Shown in pieces: positions 40,896 through 51,502 of a stretch of 64,000 nucleotides of DNA. The stretch spans positions 2,688,001 to 2,752,000 of the forward strand of contig OZ243916.1 in the NCBI GenBank assembly GCA_965213675.1. The letters are read 5' to 3'. The notes beneath the pieces were generated by a model. The model was not told the origin of the DNA. It did no database searches and saw only the letters and a list, made by a program, of their open reading frames with translations. This stretch comes from an uncultured Candidatus Binatia bacterium. Lineage in GTDB: Bacteria > Desulfobacterota > Binatia > UBA9968 > JAJDTQ01. The position numbers and the translations under genes were made by a program. Every line of letters starts with the position of its first letter. Within the stretch, counting starts at the first letter, position 1.

Positions 40896-42005
40896 ATGAT
40901 CGACTTTCTCTTCCCCAACCACGTCATGGGCACGCATACCCTTCGACTCGTGGCCGAATCCCAGCAGGGGGGCGGCGACGTCTTCGACATCGCGCGGCTG
41001 TGCCGGGACATCGAGCCCGGCGACAAGAAGGGCTGGGAGCGCGCCTGGCTCGACATGGCCCGGCGGACCGAGGACTTGGCCCGGGAGGCGCTGTCCAAGG
41101 GCCACGAACACACCGCCATGCAGTTCTTCTTCCACGCGAACCAGTACTACCGCATGTCCGACACGCTTCTCACCATCGAGGAGAACGATGTCAGGGCGGA
41201 GCGGTTCAAGATGTGCCAGGCGAACTTCCGCGCGGCCGCGGCGCTGCATAAGCCGCCCGTGGAGGTGATCACCGTGCGCTGCGGCGACGAGGAGTACGAC
41301 GGCTACTTCTGCCACCCCAAGTACCCGGCCTCCGGCCAGTGGCCCGCGGTCTTCCTCATCGGCGGCGCCGACGCCTTCGCCGAGGAGATCTTCTTCAGCG
41401 GCCGGCAGGTGCTGGAGTACGGCTGGGCGCTGCTGCTGGTGGACACCCCCGGACGGGGCTCGTCCATGTACGTCAAGGGCATTACCACGCGGCCGGACTA
41501 CGAAGTGCCCGCCAAGGCGTGCATCGACTACCTGGTATCGCGGCCGGAGGTGGACCCGGACCGCATCGGCCTCATCGGCATCAGCATGGCCGGCTACTAC
41601 GCGCCCCGTCTCGCCGCCTTCGACCCGCGCATCAAGGCGCTGGTGGGCTGGAGCGGCTGCTACAGCGTGCTGGACGACCTCTACGACTTCTGCGAACACC
41701 TCCAGCCGGTGGTGCAGCGGCTGCTGGGCGGAGTGACCGACGAAGTGGCCCGGGAGCGCCTCAAGGATTTCACCATGGAAGGCGTGGCGCAGAACATCAC
41801 CTGCCCGACGCTCATCACCCACGGCGCCGCCGACCGGCTGATGCGCCTGGAGGGCGCCAAGCGCCTGTACGACGAGGTCGGCAGCGAGGACAAGACCCTC
41901 CAGATCTATGAAGACGTCCAGAGCGGCGGCGCCATCCATTGCAGCCACGACTACTGGGGGCACAACGTGCCCTTCATGCTGGACTGGATGCAGGACCGGC
42001 TCTAA
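40896..42005 (+). CDS. Alpha/beta hydrolase (2,6-dihydroxypseudooxynicotine hydrolase/FrsA-like)
   Basis: GGADAFAEE, DTPGRG, GISMAGYYAPR, HGAAD, IHC. Confidence 0.82.
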   Translation: MIDFLFPNHVMGTHTLRLVAESQQGGGDVFDIARLCRDIEPGDKKGWERAWLDMARRTEDLAREALSKGHEHTAMQFFFHANQYYRMSDTLLTIEENDVRAERFKMCQANFRAAAALHKPPVEVITVRCGDEEYDGYFCHPKYPASGQWPAVFLIGGADAFAEEIFFSGRQVLEYGWALLLVDTPGRGSSMYVKGITTRPDYEVPAKACIDYLVSRPEVDPDRIGLIGISMAGYYAPRLAAFDPRIKALVGWSGCYSVLDDLYDFCEHLQPVVQRLLGGVTDEVARERLKDFTMEGVAQNITCPTLITHGAADRLMRLEGAKRLYDEVGSEDKTLQIYEDVQSGGAIHCSHDYWGHNVPFMLDWMQDRL

Positions 42006-42081
42006 CCCACCGGAAAACGGACACTATTTCTCTGGGGTGCACAGAGTCCAAGGTATGACCCCAACAGATCAAGGAGACGTC

Positions 42082-42606
42082 ATGGCCAAGGGATCGGTTG
42101 TGTCGATACAGATCGCGAAGGACGCCAAGGGCGACATGGAGAGTCTTCAGGAGGTCCTCGCGATAGAAGGCCAGGGCCTTGAAGGAGACCGCTACTGCAA
42201 ACAGGTGGGCAGCTACTCGCACAACCCGGGTCCGGACCGGGAGGTGACGCTCATCGAGGCGGAAGCGCTCGAGGCCATGGAGCGGGACTACGGCACCACG
42301 CTGGACCCCAAGGACAGCCGTCGCAACATCACCACCCGCGGCGTTCCCCTCAACCACCTGGTGCTGGGCCGGGAGTTCTCGGTGGGTGAGGTACGGATGC
42401 GCGGGCTGCGCGTGTGCGAACCCTGCGTCAACCTCGTCAAGCTCACGGGCAAGAACGTGATGCAGGGGTTGGTCCACCGGGGCGGCGTGCGCGCCCAGGT
42501 GCTCAACAGCGGCACCATCCGCGTCGGCGACACCGTGGAATGGGACACCGAAGGCGCCTACGCGCCGGACCTCCCGGGCACCACGAGAAGAACCGCCGCA
42601 GGGTAG
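42082..42606 (+). CDS. MOSC domain protein
   Basis: GLEGDR, RRNI, CEPC, RGG, GTIRVGD. Confidence 0.88.
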   Translation: MAKGSVVSIQIAKDAKGDMESLQEVLAIEGQGLEGDRYCKQVGSYSHNPGPDREVTLIEAEALEAMERDYGTTLDPKDSRRNITTRGVPLNHLVLGREFSVGEVRMRGLRVCEPCVNLVKLTGKNVMQGLVHRGGVRAQVLNSGTIRVGDTVEWDTEGAYAPDLPGTTRRTAAG

Positions 42607-42628
42607 CGGTACTCAAGCCCCGGACCCG

Positions 42629-43642
42629 TTATTCCCCGAGCCGGACGAACAGGTCGTGGGTGCGGTAGCGTTCCGGGGTGAGACCCTGCTCATAAGCGTA
42701 ATCGAGGAACGCCTCGACGGTGCGGCCGTCCTCCTCCAGGGAGTAGCTCCAGGGGTCTCTCGGGTGTCCCGGGCCGCCGCTCAGGACCTCCACTTGTTCC
42801 GGGGCAAACGACTCCCACCACTCCTCCTCCTCGGTAGCCAGGATGTACCGGGAGCGTGGCGCGCCGCCGCGGTTCCCCAACGTCCTGGCGCGAAGAAACG
42901 CTTCGTATAGCACTTGGCACAGGTCCTCGTGCCGCTCGGCTACATCCTGCCACAACGCAACAGTGTGCATGATGGGAAAGCAGCCGGTGCGCACGTAGTA
43001 GTCCACTTCGAGCTGGCGGGTGTCCTCGCCCAGCAGACGCCGCACGCCCGCGGCCTCTCGTGCCGTGGCGCTCACGGTAGAGGCCTCGATCATCGCGTCG
43101 ATGTCGCCCCGCACCAGCAACTCCTCAAGACTCTCACCGGAACGCACCACCTCCACGTCAAGCCTGTTGCGCACTTCGTCACGCAACGGCACGTCCACCG
43201 TCACCACCCAGGTGATGTCGTTCAAATCGACGCCGTAATCGTGCTGCAGCAGCGCCCGGGCCCACAGGCCGGCGCTCAGGTTGAGGCGCCGCACGCCGAC
43301 CCGCCGGCCCGCGAGATCCGCTGGCGACCCGATCCCGGCCGCGCCGCGGCAGAAGATGTAGGGATGGCGGAAGCGGCGGTAGTGAAAGACCGGAACGGCG
43401 ACGAGCGGAACTCCTTGCGAGCGCGCGGTCACGAACGGCGCCATGCCCATCTCGCAGATGTCGAAGGCCTTGTCGTCGAGCATGCGCAGGGTGCGCGGGT
43501 ACTGGTAGTCGCCCAGGATGCCCGTGGGTGGAAACGGATCCGGGACCACCTCGACGTTGTAGCCGGCCACCGTCACACGTCCGTCCAGCAACGGACGCGT
43601 GCGCTTGTATTCGCCACAGGACAGGGTCAGTCGCGGTTGCAT
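42629..43642 (-). CDS. 4,5-dihydroxyphthalate decarboxylase-like protein
   Basis: YKRTRPLLDGRV, FDICEM, PVFHYRRFRH, FPIMH, YAYEQGL. Confidence 0.75.
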   Translation of the reverse strand: MQPRLTLSCGEYKRTRPLLDGRVTVAGYNVEVVPDPFPPTGILGDYQYPRTLRMLDDKAFDICEMGMAPFVTARSQGVPLVAVPVFHYRRFRHPYIFCRGAAGIGSPADLAGRRVGVRRLNLSAGLWARALLQHDYGVDLNDITWVVTVDVPLRDEVRNRLDVEVVRSGESLEELLVRGDIDAMIEASTVSATAREAAGVRRLLGEDTRQLEVDYYVRTGCFPIMHTVALWQDVAERHEDLCQVLYEAFLRARTLGNRGGAPRSRYILATEEEEWWESFAPEQVEVLSGGPGHPRDPWSYSLEEDGRTVEAFLDYAYEQGLTPERYRTHDLFVRLGE

Positions 43643-43679
43643 GATGTCGTTGATACGCAAATGGCGTGTACGCCCGCAA

Positions 43680-43985
43680 GCGTTGTTCCCGCAGAACAGA
43701 CCGTGTCGAGACTTCTGAGGCAGAGACCCCTCGTATCGTGAATCCCGCGAAAGCTTGCCCTCGACCCTGATCGGGGGCGGGAATCCAGGGGTGGAGAGGG
43801 GCGAAATGGGCGTATTCCCCGCCTCCCCGCCTGGATTCCCGCTTTCGCGGGAATGACGACTCGGGGGTTTGGCGCCAATTCTTGCCCGGGCGACGCTTTG
43901 GCACGGCCTAGTTCGCGGGAATGACGTTCTGTGACGTAGTTGCGTAGGGCGTTTGACACAGCCTGTTCCGCGGGGATGACGGATA
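43680..43985. repeat. Composite nested REP/MITE cluster
   Basis: About five full or partial gtcattcccgcg units and inverted acagaccgtgtc / gacacagcctgt boundary motifs. Confidence 0.75.
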
Positions 43986-44067
43986 CAGGGGCTCGGCGTC
44001 ACCGAATGTGGTTCGACACGTCGAGGCGTGGTAGAGTCCCCGCATCAACCACAAGGAGACCGTTGCC

Positions 44068-45378
44068 ATGGCCAAGACACAGACCGCCGATGCCTGGGAG
44101 CCGCCCGCCAGCCTGTCCAAGGAAGAGTTGGTCAAGATCTCCGACGGGATACTGGCGGAGCCGGACATCCCCTACACCGAAACCGAGGACGTCTTCCGCA
44201 TCCACGCCAACGGCATGGACTGGGACATCGGCTGCATGGTTTACGAGCCCGAGGACCCGGCCAAGATCCCCACTGGGCCGGACGGCAACAAGCTCGGCAT
44301 CTTCATGGCCCACGGCGGCGCCAGCGACTGGCGCTCCATCGAGCGGCTGGCGCAGACCTTCGCCGGGAAGCGCGGCTACAAGGTGTGCAACATGACCTAC
44401 CCGGGCCGCCTCTACCTGCCGGACCCGAGCCGCGACTGGCCCGGCGACACCTTCCACGAGGACGGCAGCGTGCGCACGCCCATCTGGCTGGACGGCGAGT
44501 TCATCGGCAGGGACGAGTACGACGTGGTCGACGACGCCGCCCTGCGGGAGATCTACGGCTCCCGGAAGTACGCCAGGGCCAAGAAGGGAAGCAACTTCTA
44601 CTATCGCATGGCGGCCTGGCCGGTGGCCTTCGAGGAAGGCATGCTCGACATCTGCCGCCGGCACCTGCCCGTGGGCGAGTACTCGGTGTTCACCCACGGC
44701 CACTCCACCGGCGGACCTTTCAGCCACTACCTGCTGCAGCGCATCGAGAACGGCAAGGGGCTCATCGGCATCGAGAACTCGCCGTTCGCATTCATCTTCC
44801 GCAAGATGAGCGGCCACGACTGGCCCACCCCCTTCGATCACGTGCTGATCCGGAACTGGCGTGAGCTGGCGCGCTACAAGGGCGCCGAAGTGGCGATGCA
44901 GGAAGGGGCGAAGCCGCTCTTCAGGCTGGCGCAGTTGATGGAGGAGGTCTTCGAGATGTGGGAGCGGGCCAAGCGTTTCCCCCAGTTCAAGGCCGAGAAC
45001 TGGCTCCACAGCGACAGCCACCCGTGTCTCACCGAAGCCGCCAAGGTCACCGCCGAACGCCTCAACATGAACGCCGAGGAGACCCAGGCCTTGGTGGACC
45101 GCTACCTGGGCTACGGCCGCCCGCTGCCCGGAAAGCCGATCCCGCCGCTTCTCTACGGCATCAACAAGTTCAGCCGCGACCACACCCCCGAGAAGTACAA
45201 CCAGATCGTCAAGGCCGAGTACGCGGCCATGAACCCGGCCCCCAAGATACGCGTCGTCGAGATCGGCACCGGCATCCACTCCTACTGGGCCACCGAGGAA
45301 GGACTGCCCCTGGGCGTCTGCCCGGTGATCACGAAGGTATGGCACGACGCGATCATGAACGGGTACTACGAGGTGTGA
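44068..45378 (+). CDS. Hypothetical protein, probable divergent alpha/beta hydrolase
   Basis: Strong coding bias, RBS aaggag, HGG, GHSTGG, C-terminal GIHS. Confidence 0.75.
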   Translation: MAKTQTADAWEPPASLSKEELVKISDGILAEPDIPYTETEDVFRIHANGMDWDIGCMVYEPEDPAKIPTGPDGNKLGIFMAHGGASDWRSIERLAQTFAGKRGYKVCNMTYPGRLYLPDPSRDWPGDTFHEDGSVRTPIWLDGEFIGRDEYDVVDDAALREIYGSRKYARAKKGSNFYYRMAAWPVAFEEGMLDICRRHLPVGEYSVFTHGHSTGGPFSHYLLQRIENGKGLIGIENSPFAFIFRKMSGHDWPTPFDHVLIRNWRELARYKGAEVAMQEGAKPLFRLAQLMEEVFEMWERAKRFPQFKAENWLHSDSHPCLTEAAKVTAERLNMNAEETQALVDRYLGYGRPLPGKPIPPLLYGINKFSRDHTPEKYNQIVKAEYAAMNPAPKIRVVEIGTGIHSYWATEEGLPLGVCPVITKVWHDAIMNGYYEV

Positions 45379-45455
45379 GAAACTCGCGTTGACATTTGAT
45401 TTCCAGTTCCAGGTGCTCCATTATTGGATATGGTAATTCCAATTTTGGACGCAAA

Positions 45456-46613
45456 ATGGAATTTAGAAGTCGTTTTTTCAACATTCCGGACCAGAGTTGC
45501 TTCCTATTCGGTCCTCGCGGGACTGGAAAGTCGACATGGCTGCGCCACCGGCTGCCCGATGCCCTGTTCCTGGACCTGCTCGAACCCGCCCCTCATCGCA
45601 GTCTGAACGCCCGTCCCGAGCGTCTTCGGGATCTGCTTGCCGGCTCGCCACGGGCGGACATCGTGGTCATCGACGAAATCCAACGGATCCCGGAGTTGCT
45701 GACCGTGGTTCACGCTCTGATGGAGGAGCCTTCACCGCCCCGCTTCGTTTTGACCGGATCCAGCGCCCGAAAGCTTCGGCGCGAGGGTGTCGACCTTCTG
45801 GGGGGACGGGCCGTGCACCGCACCATGCACCCGTTCATGGCAGCGGAGTTATCTGATTTCGACCTCGGACAAGCACTGCAAACGGGGTTGCTGCCCTTGG
45901 TCATGGCAGCCACCGATCCCGCGGATGTCCTGGCCGCCTACGCGAGCCTGTATCTCGAACAGGAAGTACGGGCCGAAGGGCTGACACGCAACGTCGGGAA
46001 CTTCACGCGATTTCTGGAAGCGGTCAGCTTTTCCCATGGCAGCTTGTTGAATGTTTCGGCGGTGGCCAGGGAATGCCACGTCGAGCGCAAGGTCGTTGCC
46101 GGCTACGTCGGCATCCTGGAGGACCTTCTTCTCGCTTTCCGGCTGCCTGTCTTCCGCAAACGCGCCAAGCGCGCCACCGTCAACCACGAGAAGATCTACC
46201 TGTTCGACGCCGGCGTGTTTCGCTCGTTACGCCCCAAGGGACCGTTGGATCGTCCCGAGGAGATTGACGGTCAGGCGCTGGAGGGGTTGGTGGCTCAGCA
46301 TCTCTGTGCGTGGGCGGCGTATTCCCGACACGACATGGACGTATTCTTCTGGCGGACGCGTGCCGGGACCGAAGTCGACTTCGTGGTCTACGGGGAACTG
46401 GGGCTCCAGGCCTTTGAGGTCAAGAACGCCGCCAACGTCTATTCGAAAGACCTGCGCGCGCTGAAGGCGTTTCGCGAGGACTATCCCGAGGCCGAGACCG
46501 CCGTGCTCTATCGTGGCCGGGAACGCTTGCGGATCGACGGCATCTGGTGTCTGCCGGTACAGGAGTTTCTGCGCGGCATCGTGCCGGATAAAGGTCTGTT
46601 GACCTGGCTGTGA
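45456..46613 (+). CDS. AAA family ATPase with DUF4143 (PD-(D/E)xK-like) C-terminus
   Basis: GPRGTGKST, IDEIQR, TGSSARKL, KIYLFDAGV, EVDFV..FEVK. Confidence 0.88.
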   Translation: MEFRSRFFNIPDQSCFLFGPRGTGKSTWLRHRLPDALFLDLLEPAPHRSLNARPERLRDLLAGSPRADIVVIDEIQRIPELLTVVHALMEEPSPPRFVLTGSSARKLRREGVDLLGGRAVHRTMHPFMAAELSDFDLGQALQTGLLPLVMAATDPADVLAAYASLYLEQEVRAEGLTRNVGNFTRFLEAVSFSHGSLLNVSAVARECHVERKVVAGYVGILEDLLLAFRLPVFRKRAKRATVNHEKIYLFDAGVFRSLRPKGPLDRPEEIDGQALEGLVAQHLCAWAAYSRHDMDVFFWRTRAGTEVDFVVYGELGLQAFEVKNAANVYSKDLRALKAFREDYPEAETAVLYRGRERLRIDGIWCLPVQEFLRGIVPDKGLLTWL

Positions 46614-46643
46614 GGGTCAAACCCTGGAGTTAGCGGATAGCGT

Positions 46644-49103
46644 TCACCCGAGCCGGATGCGCCTCAGCCGCAGCGCGTTTCCCACCACCGACACCGACGA
46701 CAGGCTCATGGCGGCGGCGGCGACCATGGGCGACAGGAGCAGGCCGAACATCGGGTATAAGACGCCGGCCGCGATGATCACCCCCACCGTGTTGTAGACG
46801 AAAGCGAAGAACAGGTTCTGCTGGATGTTGCCCAAGGTGGCGCGGGCCAGCAGGCGGGCGCGGACGATGCCGTTCAAGTCGCCGCGCATCAGCGTGACGC
46901 CGGCGCTCTTGATGGCCACGTCCGCGCCGGTGCCCATGGCGATGCCGGTGTCGGCGGCGGCGAGGGCGGGCGCATCGTTGATGCCGTCGCCCGCCATGGC
47001 CACGTGACGGCCGCCGGCCTTCAACTCGGCGACGACGTCCCGCTTGTCCGCCGGCGTCGCTTCCGCCCGCCAGTCGTCGATGTCGAGGCCGGCGGCCACC
47101 GCCCGCGCCGCCCTCGGGCTGTCGCCGGTCAACATCATGATGCCGAGCCCCGAGCGGCGGAGCCTGCCGATGGCCTCCCGCGTGGTGGGCTTGACCCGGT
47201 CCGCCGCCGCCACGAGACCCCGGGGGCTACCGTCCACCGCAACGAACATGACGGTCTTCCCCGCCTCCTGCAGCCCCTCGGCGACGCTTGCGACCTCGCC
47301 GAGGTCGGCGTCCAGCTCGCGCATCAGCGCCAGGTTGCCAAGGGCCACCGCCCGGCCCGCGACCCGGCCGCGGACGCCTTTTCCCGGGACAGCCTCGAAG
47401 TCCGCGGTCTCCTGGAGCACGGCGCCCCGCGCCTGGGCGCCGGCGAGGATCGCCTCCGCCAGCGGGTGCTCCGACCCGCGTTCGAGAGAAGCCGCCAACG
47501 AGAGGACCTCCGCCTCGTCCATGCCGCCATCGGCGGCGATCACATCCGTCAGCTCCGGTTTCCCTTCGGTCAGGGTGCCGGTCTTGTCCACGATCAGCAC
47601 GTCCACCTTGGCGAGGCTCTCCAGCGCCGCGGCGTCGCGCACCAGCACCCCCGCCTGGGCGCCGCGACCCGTCGCCACCATGATGGACATGGGCGTGGCG
47701 AGCCCAAGGGCGCACGGGCACGCGATGACCAGCACGCTCACGGCCGCCACCACGGCGTTGGCGAGGGCGGGCGCGGGCCCCACCGCCACCCACACGACGA
47801 ACGCCGTCACCGACACCGCCACCACCGTAGGGACGAACCAGCTCGCGACGCGGTCCACCAAAGCCTGAACCGGAGCGCGGCTGCGTTGCGCCGCGGCTAC
47901 CATTTCGACGATGCGCGCCAGCACCGTATCGGCGCCGACCCCCTGGGCGCGCATGGTGAACGAGCCTGCCCCGTTGAGGGTGCCGCCGGTCACCGGGTCG
48001 CCCGCCATCTTCTCCACCGGGACCGGTTCACCCGTGAGCAGCCGCTCGTCCACCGCCGAGTGTCCGTCGAGCACCACCCCGTCCACCGGTACGCTCTCTC
48101 CCGGCCGCACCCGCAGCCGGTCGCCGACCCGCACCGCTTCCAGCGGCACGTCCTCGTCGCCGTCGCCGGTCACCCGCCGCGCGGTCTTGGGCGCCAGGTC
48201 CAGCAGCGCCCGGATGGCGCCGCCGGTGCGCTCGCGCGCCGACAGCTCGCATATCTGGCCCACCAGCACCAGGATCAGGATGACCGCCGCGGCCTCGAAG
48301 TAGACCGGCGGCAGCCCGTGCGGCCCCCGCGCCGATTCCGGGAAGAGCGCAGGCGCGAGCACGGCCGCCACGCTGAACGCATAGGCCGCGCCGGACCCCA
48401 AGGCGATCAGGGTCCACATGTTGGGACTGCGGTTCACCACCGAAGCCCAGCCGCGCTTGAAGAACGGCAGCGCCACCCAAGCCACCACCGGAGTCGCCAG
48501 CAGGAACTGGAGCCACACATGAAGCCGCGGCCCGAACCATTCCGCCATGGGCAGCCCGATATGATCGCCCATCTCCAGGACAAGGGTGGCGAGGCCGAGG
48601 GGCGCGCCGGCCCACAGGCGCCGCTGGAAGTCGGCCAACTCCGGATTGGGGCCGGCCGCCGCGGACGGCATCATGGGTTCGAGGGCCATGCCGCAGACGG
48701 GACAGTCCCCCGGCGCGTCGCGCACGACCTCCGGGTCCATCGGGCAGGTGTACCGTGTACCCTCCGGCGCCGGTTCCGGTTCGGAGCGGGGACCGAGAAA
48801 CTCCTCCGGCGCGGACTCGAAGCGCGCCTGACAGTGCCCGGAGCAGAAATAGAACCGTAGCCCGTCGAGCCGGACCGTGTACCGCGCGGTGGCGCGCCGG
48901 ACCGTCATGCCGCAAACGGGGTCCGTCGCCTCGATGTAGGCGTCGGGCGTCGCCGAGAACTTCTTGAGGCACCCTTCGCAGCAGAAATGGTAGGGCTCCC
49001 CAAGGTGCTCCAGGGAAGGCTTCCCTGCCGAGAGGGAGACCTCCATTCCGCATACGGGATCCCGCGTGACGGCGTTGGCAGACGTATCCAGCGGCGAGTC
49101 CAT
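46644..49103 (-). CDS. copA: Cu(I)-type heavy-metal P1B ATPase with two YHS domains
   Basis: DPVCGM x2, YTCPM, CPCALG, DKTGT, GDGIND, YN and MSLSS Cu+ ligands. Confidence 0.85.
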   Translation of the reverse strand: MDSPLDTSANAVTRDPVCGMEVSLSAGKPSLEHLGEPYHFCCEGCLKKFSATPDAYIEATDPVCGMTVRRATARYTVRLDGLRFYFCSGHCQARFESAPEEFLGPRSEPEPAPEGTRYTCPMDPEVVRDAPGDCPVCGMALEPMMPSAAAGPNPELADFQRRLWAGAPLGLATLVLEMGDHIGLPMAEWFGPRLHVWLQFLLATPVVAWVALPFFKRGWASVVNRSPNMWTLIALGSGAAYAFSVAAVLAPALFPESARGPHGLPPVYFEAAAVILILVLVGQICELSARERTGGAIRALLDLAPKTARRVTGDGDEDVPLEAVRVGDRLRVRPGESVPVDGVVLDGHSAVDERLLTGEPVPVEKMAGDPVTGGTLNGAGSFTMRAQGVGADTVLARIVEMVAAAQRSRAPVQALVDRVASWFVPTVVAVSVTAFVVWVAVGPAPALANAVVAAVSVLVIACPCALGLATPMSIMVATGRGAQAGVLVRDAAALESLAKVDVLIVDKTGTLTEGKPELTDVIAADGGMDEAEVLSLAASLERGSEHPLAEAILAGAQARGAVLQETADFEAVPGKGVRGRVAGRAVALGNLALMRELDADLGEVASVAEGLQEAGKTVMFVAVDGSPRGLVAAADRVKPTTREAIGRLRRSGLGIMMLTGDSPRAARAVAAGLDIDDWRAEATPADKRDVVAELKAGGRHVAMAGDGINDAPALAAADTGIAMGTGADVAIKSAGVTLMRGDLNGIVRARLLARATLGNIQQNLFFAFVYNTVGVIIAAGVLYPMFGLLLSPMVAAAAMSLSSVSVVGNALRLRRIRLG

Positions 49104-49141
49104 TCAATTACTCCAGAGTGGCGGAGGAGAAAGATTCCAGC

Positions 49142-49175
49142 ATGATCGTACTGGACACTTCGGCCCTGATCCAAG
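49142..49175 (+). pseudogene. Probable VapC (PIN) toxin N-terminal remnant
   Basis: ATG reads MIVLDTSALI, then loses similarity and runs into the convergent gene. Confidence 0.45.
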
Positions 49176-49235
49176 TCGCAGGCACCATCGTGCCAAGTGG
49201 CAAACCCGGAGAATGTCCCGGGATGGAACGAGTGG

Positions 49236-49985
49236 CTATCCGCCTTTCAAAGCCGCCAACCGCGCCATGGCGCGGTTGTGATAGAACCGGTCCACGGCAT
49301 CCTTGGGCGGTTTCTTGACGGCGCGCTCCAACAACCGCCGCGCCTCGTCCCGGTTCCCTTTCTCGTCCATCAGCAGCAACCCATAAGCGTATTCGACGCA
49401 CACCACCTTGGCATCGGGCATGAGCTCCAGGGTGCGCGCATAGTGGCTGCGGGCCTTCGTCTCCGTGGCTCCGTACAGAAACCCGGCCATGCCGCCCGCG
49501 GCGTGAACGATCTCCGCGTGCCAGGTGCCCAGGCTCAGATGGCCGGCCGCGTGGTCCGGATCCAGCCGCAGAGCCTCCTCCACCGATTCCCGCACCTTGG
49601 TCGCGTATCCCCCGGTCACCACCCGCAGGAACCCGATGGTCTGGGCATAGCGCCCGCTGGCATGGGCCAACTGGATATGCGCATCCGGATTGGACGGGTC
49701 GAGGCGCACCGCTTCCTCCGCCAACTCCACGGCCCGTTGATACAACCCTTGCTTATCCTCGTCCCCGGCGAAAAAATGGCCTTGAAGCGCCTGCGCCTGC
49801 GCCGCCAGAGTATACCCCTCGGAGGTCTTGAGCGCCGCCCCCAGTGCGGCCGCATGGACAAAACGGCCCTCCGCGTACGCCGCGCGCGCCTGCTCCAAGG
49901 TCCCGGCGCTGACCGCGCACACCAACAGATGGGTGCAAAGCATGACCGTAAAGGTCAGGAAAGCGATAACGGGCGGAAATGACAT
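49236..49985 (-). CDS. Secreted TPR-like repeat protein
   Basis: Signal peptide, helical repeats AEEAVRLDP and VEEALRLDP. Confidence 0.75.
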   Translation of the reverse strand: MSFPPVIAFLTFTVMLCTHLLVCAVSAGTLEQARAAYAEGRFVHAAALGAALKTSEGYTLAAQAQALQGHFFAGDEDKQGLYQRAVELAEEAVRLDPSNPDAHIQLAHASGRYAQTIGFLRVVTGGYATKVRESVEEALRLDPDHAAGHLSLGTWHAEIVHAAGGMAGFLYGATETKARSHYARTLELMPDAKVVCVEYAYGLLLMDEKGNRDEARRLLERAVKKPPKDAVDRFYHNRAMARLAALKGG

Positions 49986-49991
49986 CCGGGG

Positions 49992-50975
49992 TCAACGTGG
50001 ATCAAGAACCTTGCGGGCTTCGTCGCGGACCTTTTCGCGGAAGGAAGCGGGGTTCAGAACCTGGACGCCGCCGCCGAAGTGAAGCACCCAGCCTACCAGT
50101 TCGGTGGTATCCGCGACCCGCAGCGACAGAACAAGGCGTCCGTCCCGGGTTTCCTGAGTCTGCTGGCTCGGGTGCCACAACCGCCCCTTCGCCCACGCGC
50201 TGGTGGCCTTGTCGAAAAGCAATTCCAGTTCGATGGGCTTGCCGCGCATCACGACGAGGGAATCCTGGACGTAGGCGTCCAGGTCGAAACCCAGCGGCAT
50301 CTGGCATGGACGGTTGGTGAGAGCCAGGGAGCGGATGCGGTCGACGGCGAAGGTGCGCACGTCCTGTCTCAAATGGCAGTAGGCGATGAGAAACAGCCCG
50401 CCGTCGGCATACCACAAGCGATAGGGGTCTACGTCGCGGCGGCGCGTTCGGTTGCGCGACGCGGTGAAATAGCGCATCTGCACCGTTCGGGTACTCGCGA
50501 TGGCCCGGGAGAGCTGGTCGATGGTGTTCCGGTGCTCGCGGTAGGTCTTGTGCGGTCCCAGGCCCACGGCGAACCGGCCGCCCAAGCCTTGGAGGTACGT
50601 CGCGCTGTGGCCGGGCAACGCGGCCGCGGCCTTGTTCAGCGCCGAATCGAGGGACACCTTGATCTCGGTCCCTTCCAGGGGTTTCAGGAGATCGCGGCTG
50701 AATACCAGAGCCATGATCTCCGTCGGCGACAGCGACAGCGGCAATGACTTGCGGTAGCCGTCCATCAGCCGCCACACCGTCTGACCGTTCCGGCGCTCGG
50801 TGACAAGAGGAATGTTGGCGGCTTCCAGTGCCTCGAGATCGCGACGAATGGTCCGGTGATGGCGTGAGTAGTCTTCGGGCAGCGACGCGGCCAATTCCGA
50901 AAGAGTCGCCCCCCGGGAGCCCTCCAGCTTATGTAACAACAGCCACTGGCGCGTAAACTGATCGTTGCGTGGCAT
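49992..50975 (-). CDS. HTH-WYL-WCX transcriptional regulator
   Basis: RTIRRDLEAL HTH, VDPYRL, LFLIAYCHLRQDVRTFAVDRI, WVLHFG..VLNP. Confidence 0.92.
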   Translation of the reverse strand: MPRNDQFTRQWLLLHKLEGSRGATLSELAASLPEDYSRHHRTIRRDLEALEAANIPLVTERRNGQTVWRLMDGYRKSLPLSLSPTEIMALVFSRDLLKPLEGTEIKVSLDSALNKAAAALPGHSATYLQGLGGRFAVGLGPHKTYREHRNTIDQLSRAIASTRTVQMRYFTASRNRTRRRDVDPYRLWYADGGLFLIAYCHLRQDVRTFAVDRIRSLALTNRPCQMPLGFDLDAYVQDSLVVMRGKPIELELLFDKATSAWAKGRLWHPSQQTQETRDGRLVLSLRVADTTELVGWVLHFGGGVQVLNPASFREKVRDEARKVLDPR

Positions 50976-51108
50976 GCCGTATCTGCCTTGTGGAAAACGG
51001 CGGCCCAAGGGGCGACCGTTCCTTTCGGTGGCGGGAGGGAAAAGCGGGATAGGGGACAGCGCCCGGAGGACGCCGGCCATGTCCTCCGGGCGGCGTCACC
51101 GGTTGCTT

Positions 51109-51390
51109 CTACTGGAGGGTCTTGGTACCGGGACCCGCAATACGAGACGAGCGGGTCCGGGTCTTTTTGAGCTCGAACATCAGGATGCGCTTCTGAAGCG
51201 GATCGAAACGGATTCGCAGCGTACGGCCGCCCACGTCCACGTCCGCCACACCATCCTCACCGTCTTCGATCTTGTGCAGCGCCGAGAGCACCGACAACCC
51301 TACCAGCGAGGCGTCTACCTCGACCCACTTCTTGGGAAGTTCCCGACCTCCGTCCACCGGCCTCAGATGTCGTCTTGTCTCGCGTGGCAT
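51109..51390 (-). CDS. Small orphan protein (93 aa)
   Basis: Purine-rich RBS, upstream sigma70 promoter, downstream 12-bp hairpin near 51060-51092. Confidence 0.6.
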   Translation of the reverse strand: MPRETRRHLRPVDGGRELPKKWVEVDASLVGLSVLSALHKIEDGEDGVADVDVGGRTLRIRFDPLQKRILMFELKKTRTRSSRIAGPGTKTLQ

Positions 51391-51502
51391 CGTTTCCCTT
51401 TCCTGATCTCGGAGTTCTCTCCGAAGTCCCTCGGAATTCGCGTCGTGATTGAAGTCATGCTTACGCTTGAATGAACGCCCTTGAACCCTTGCGCTTGACG
51501 GG

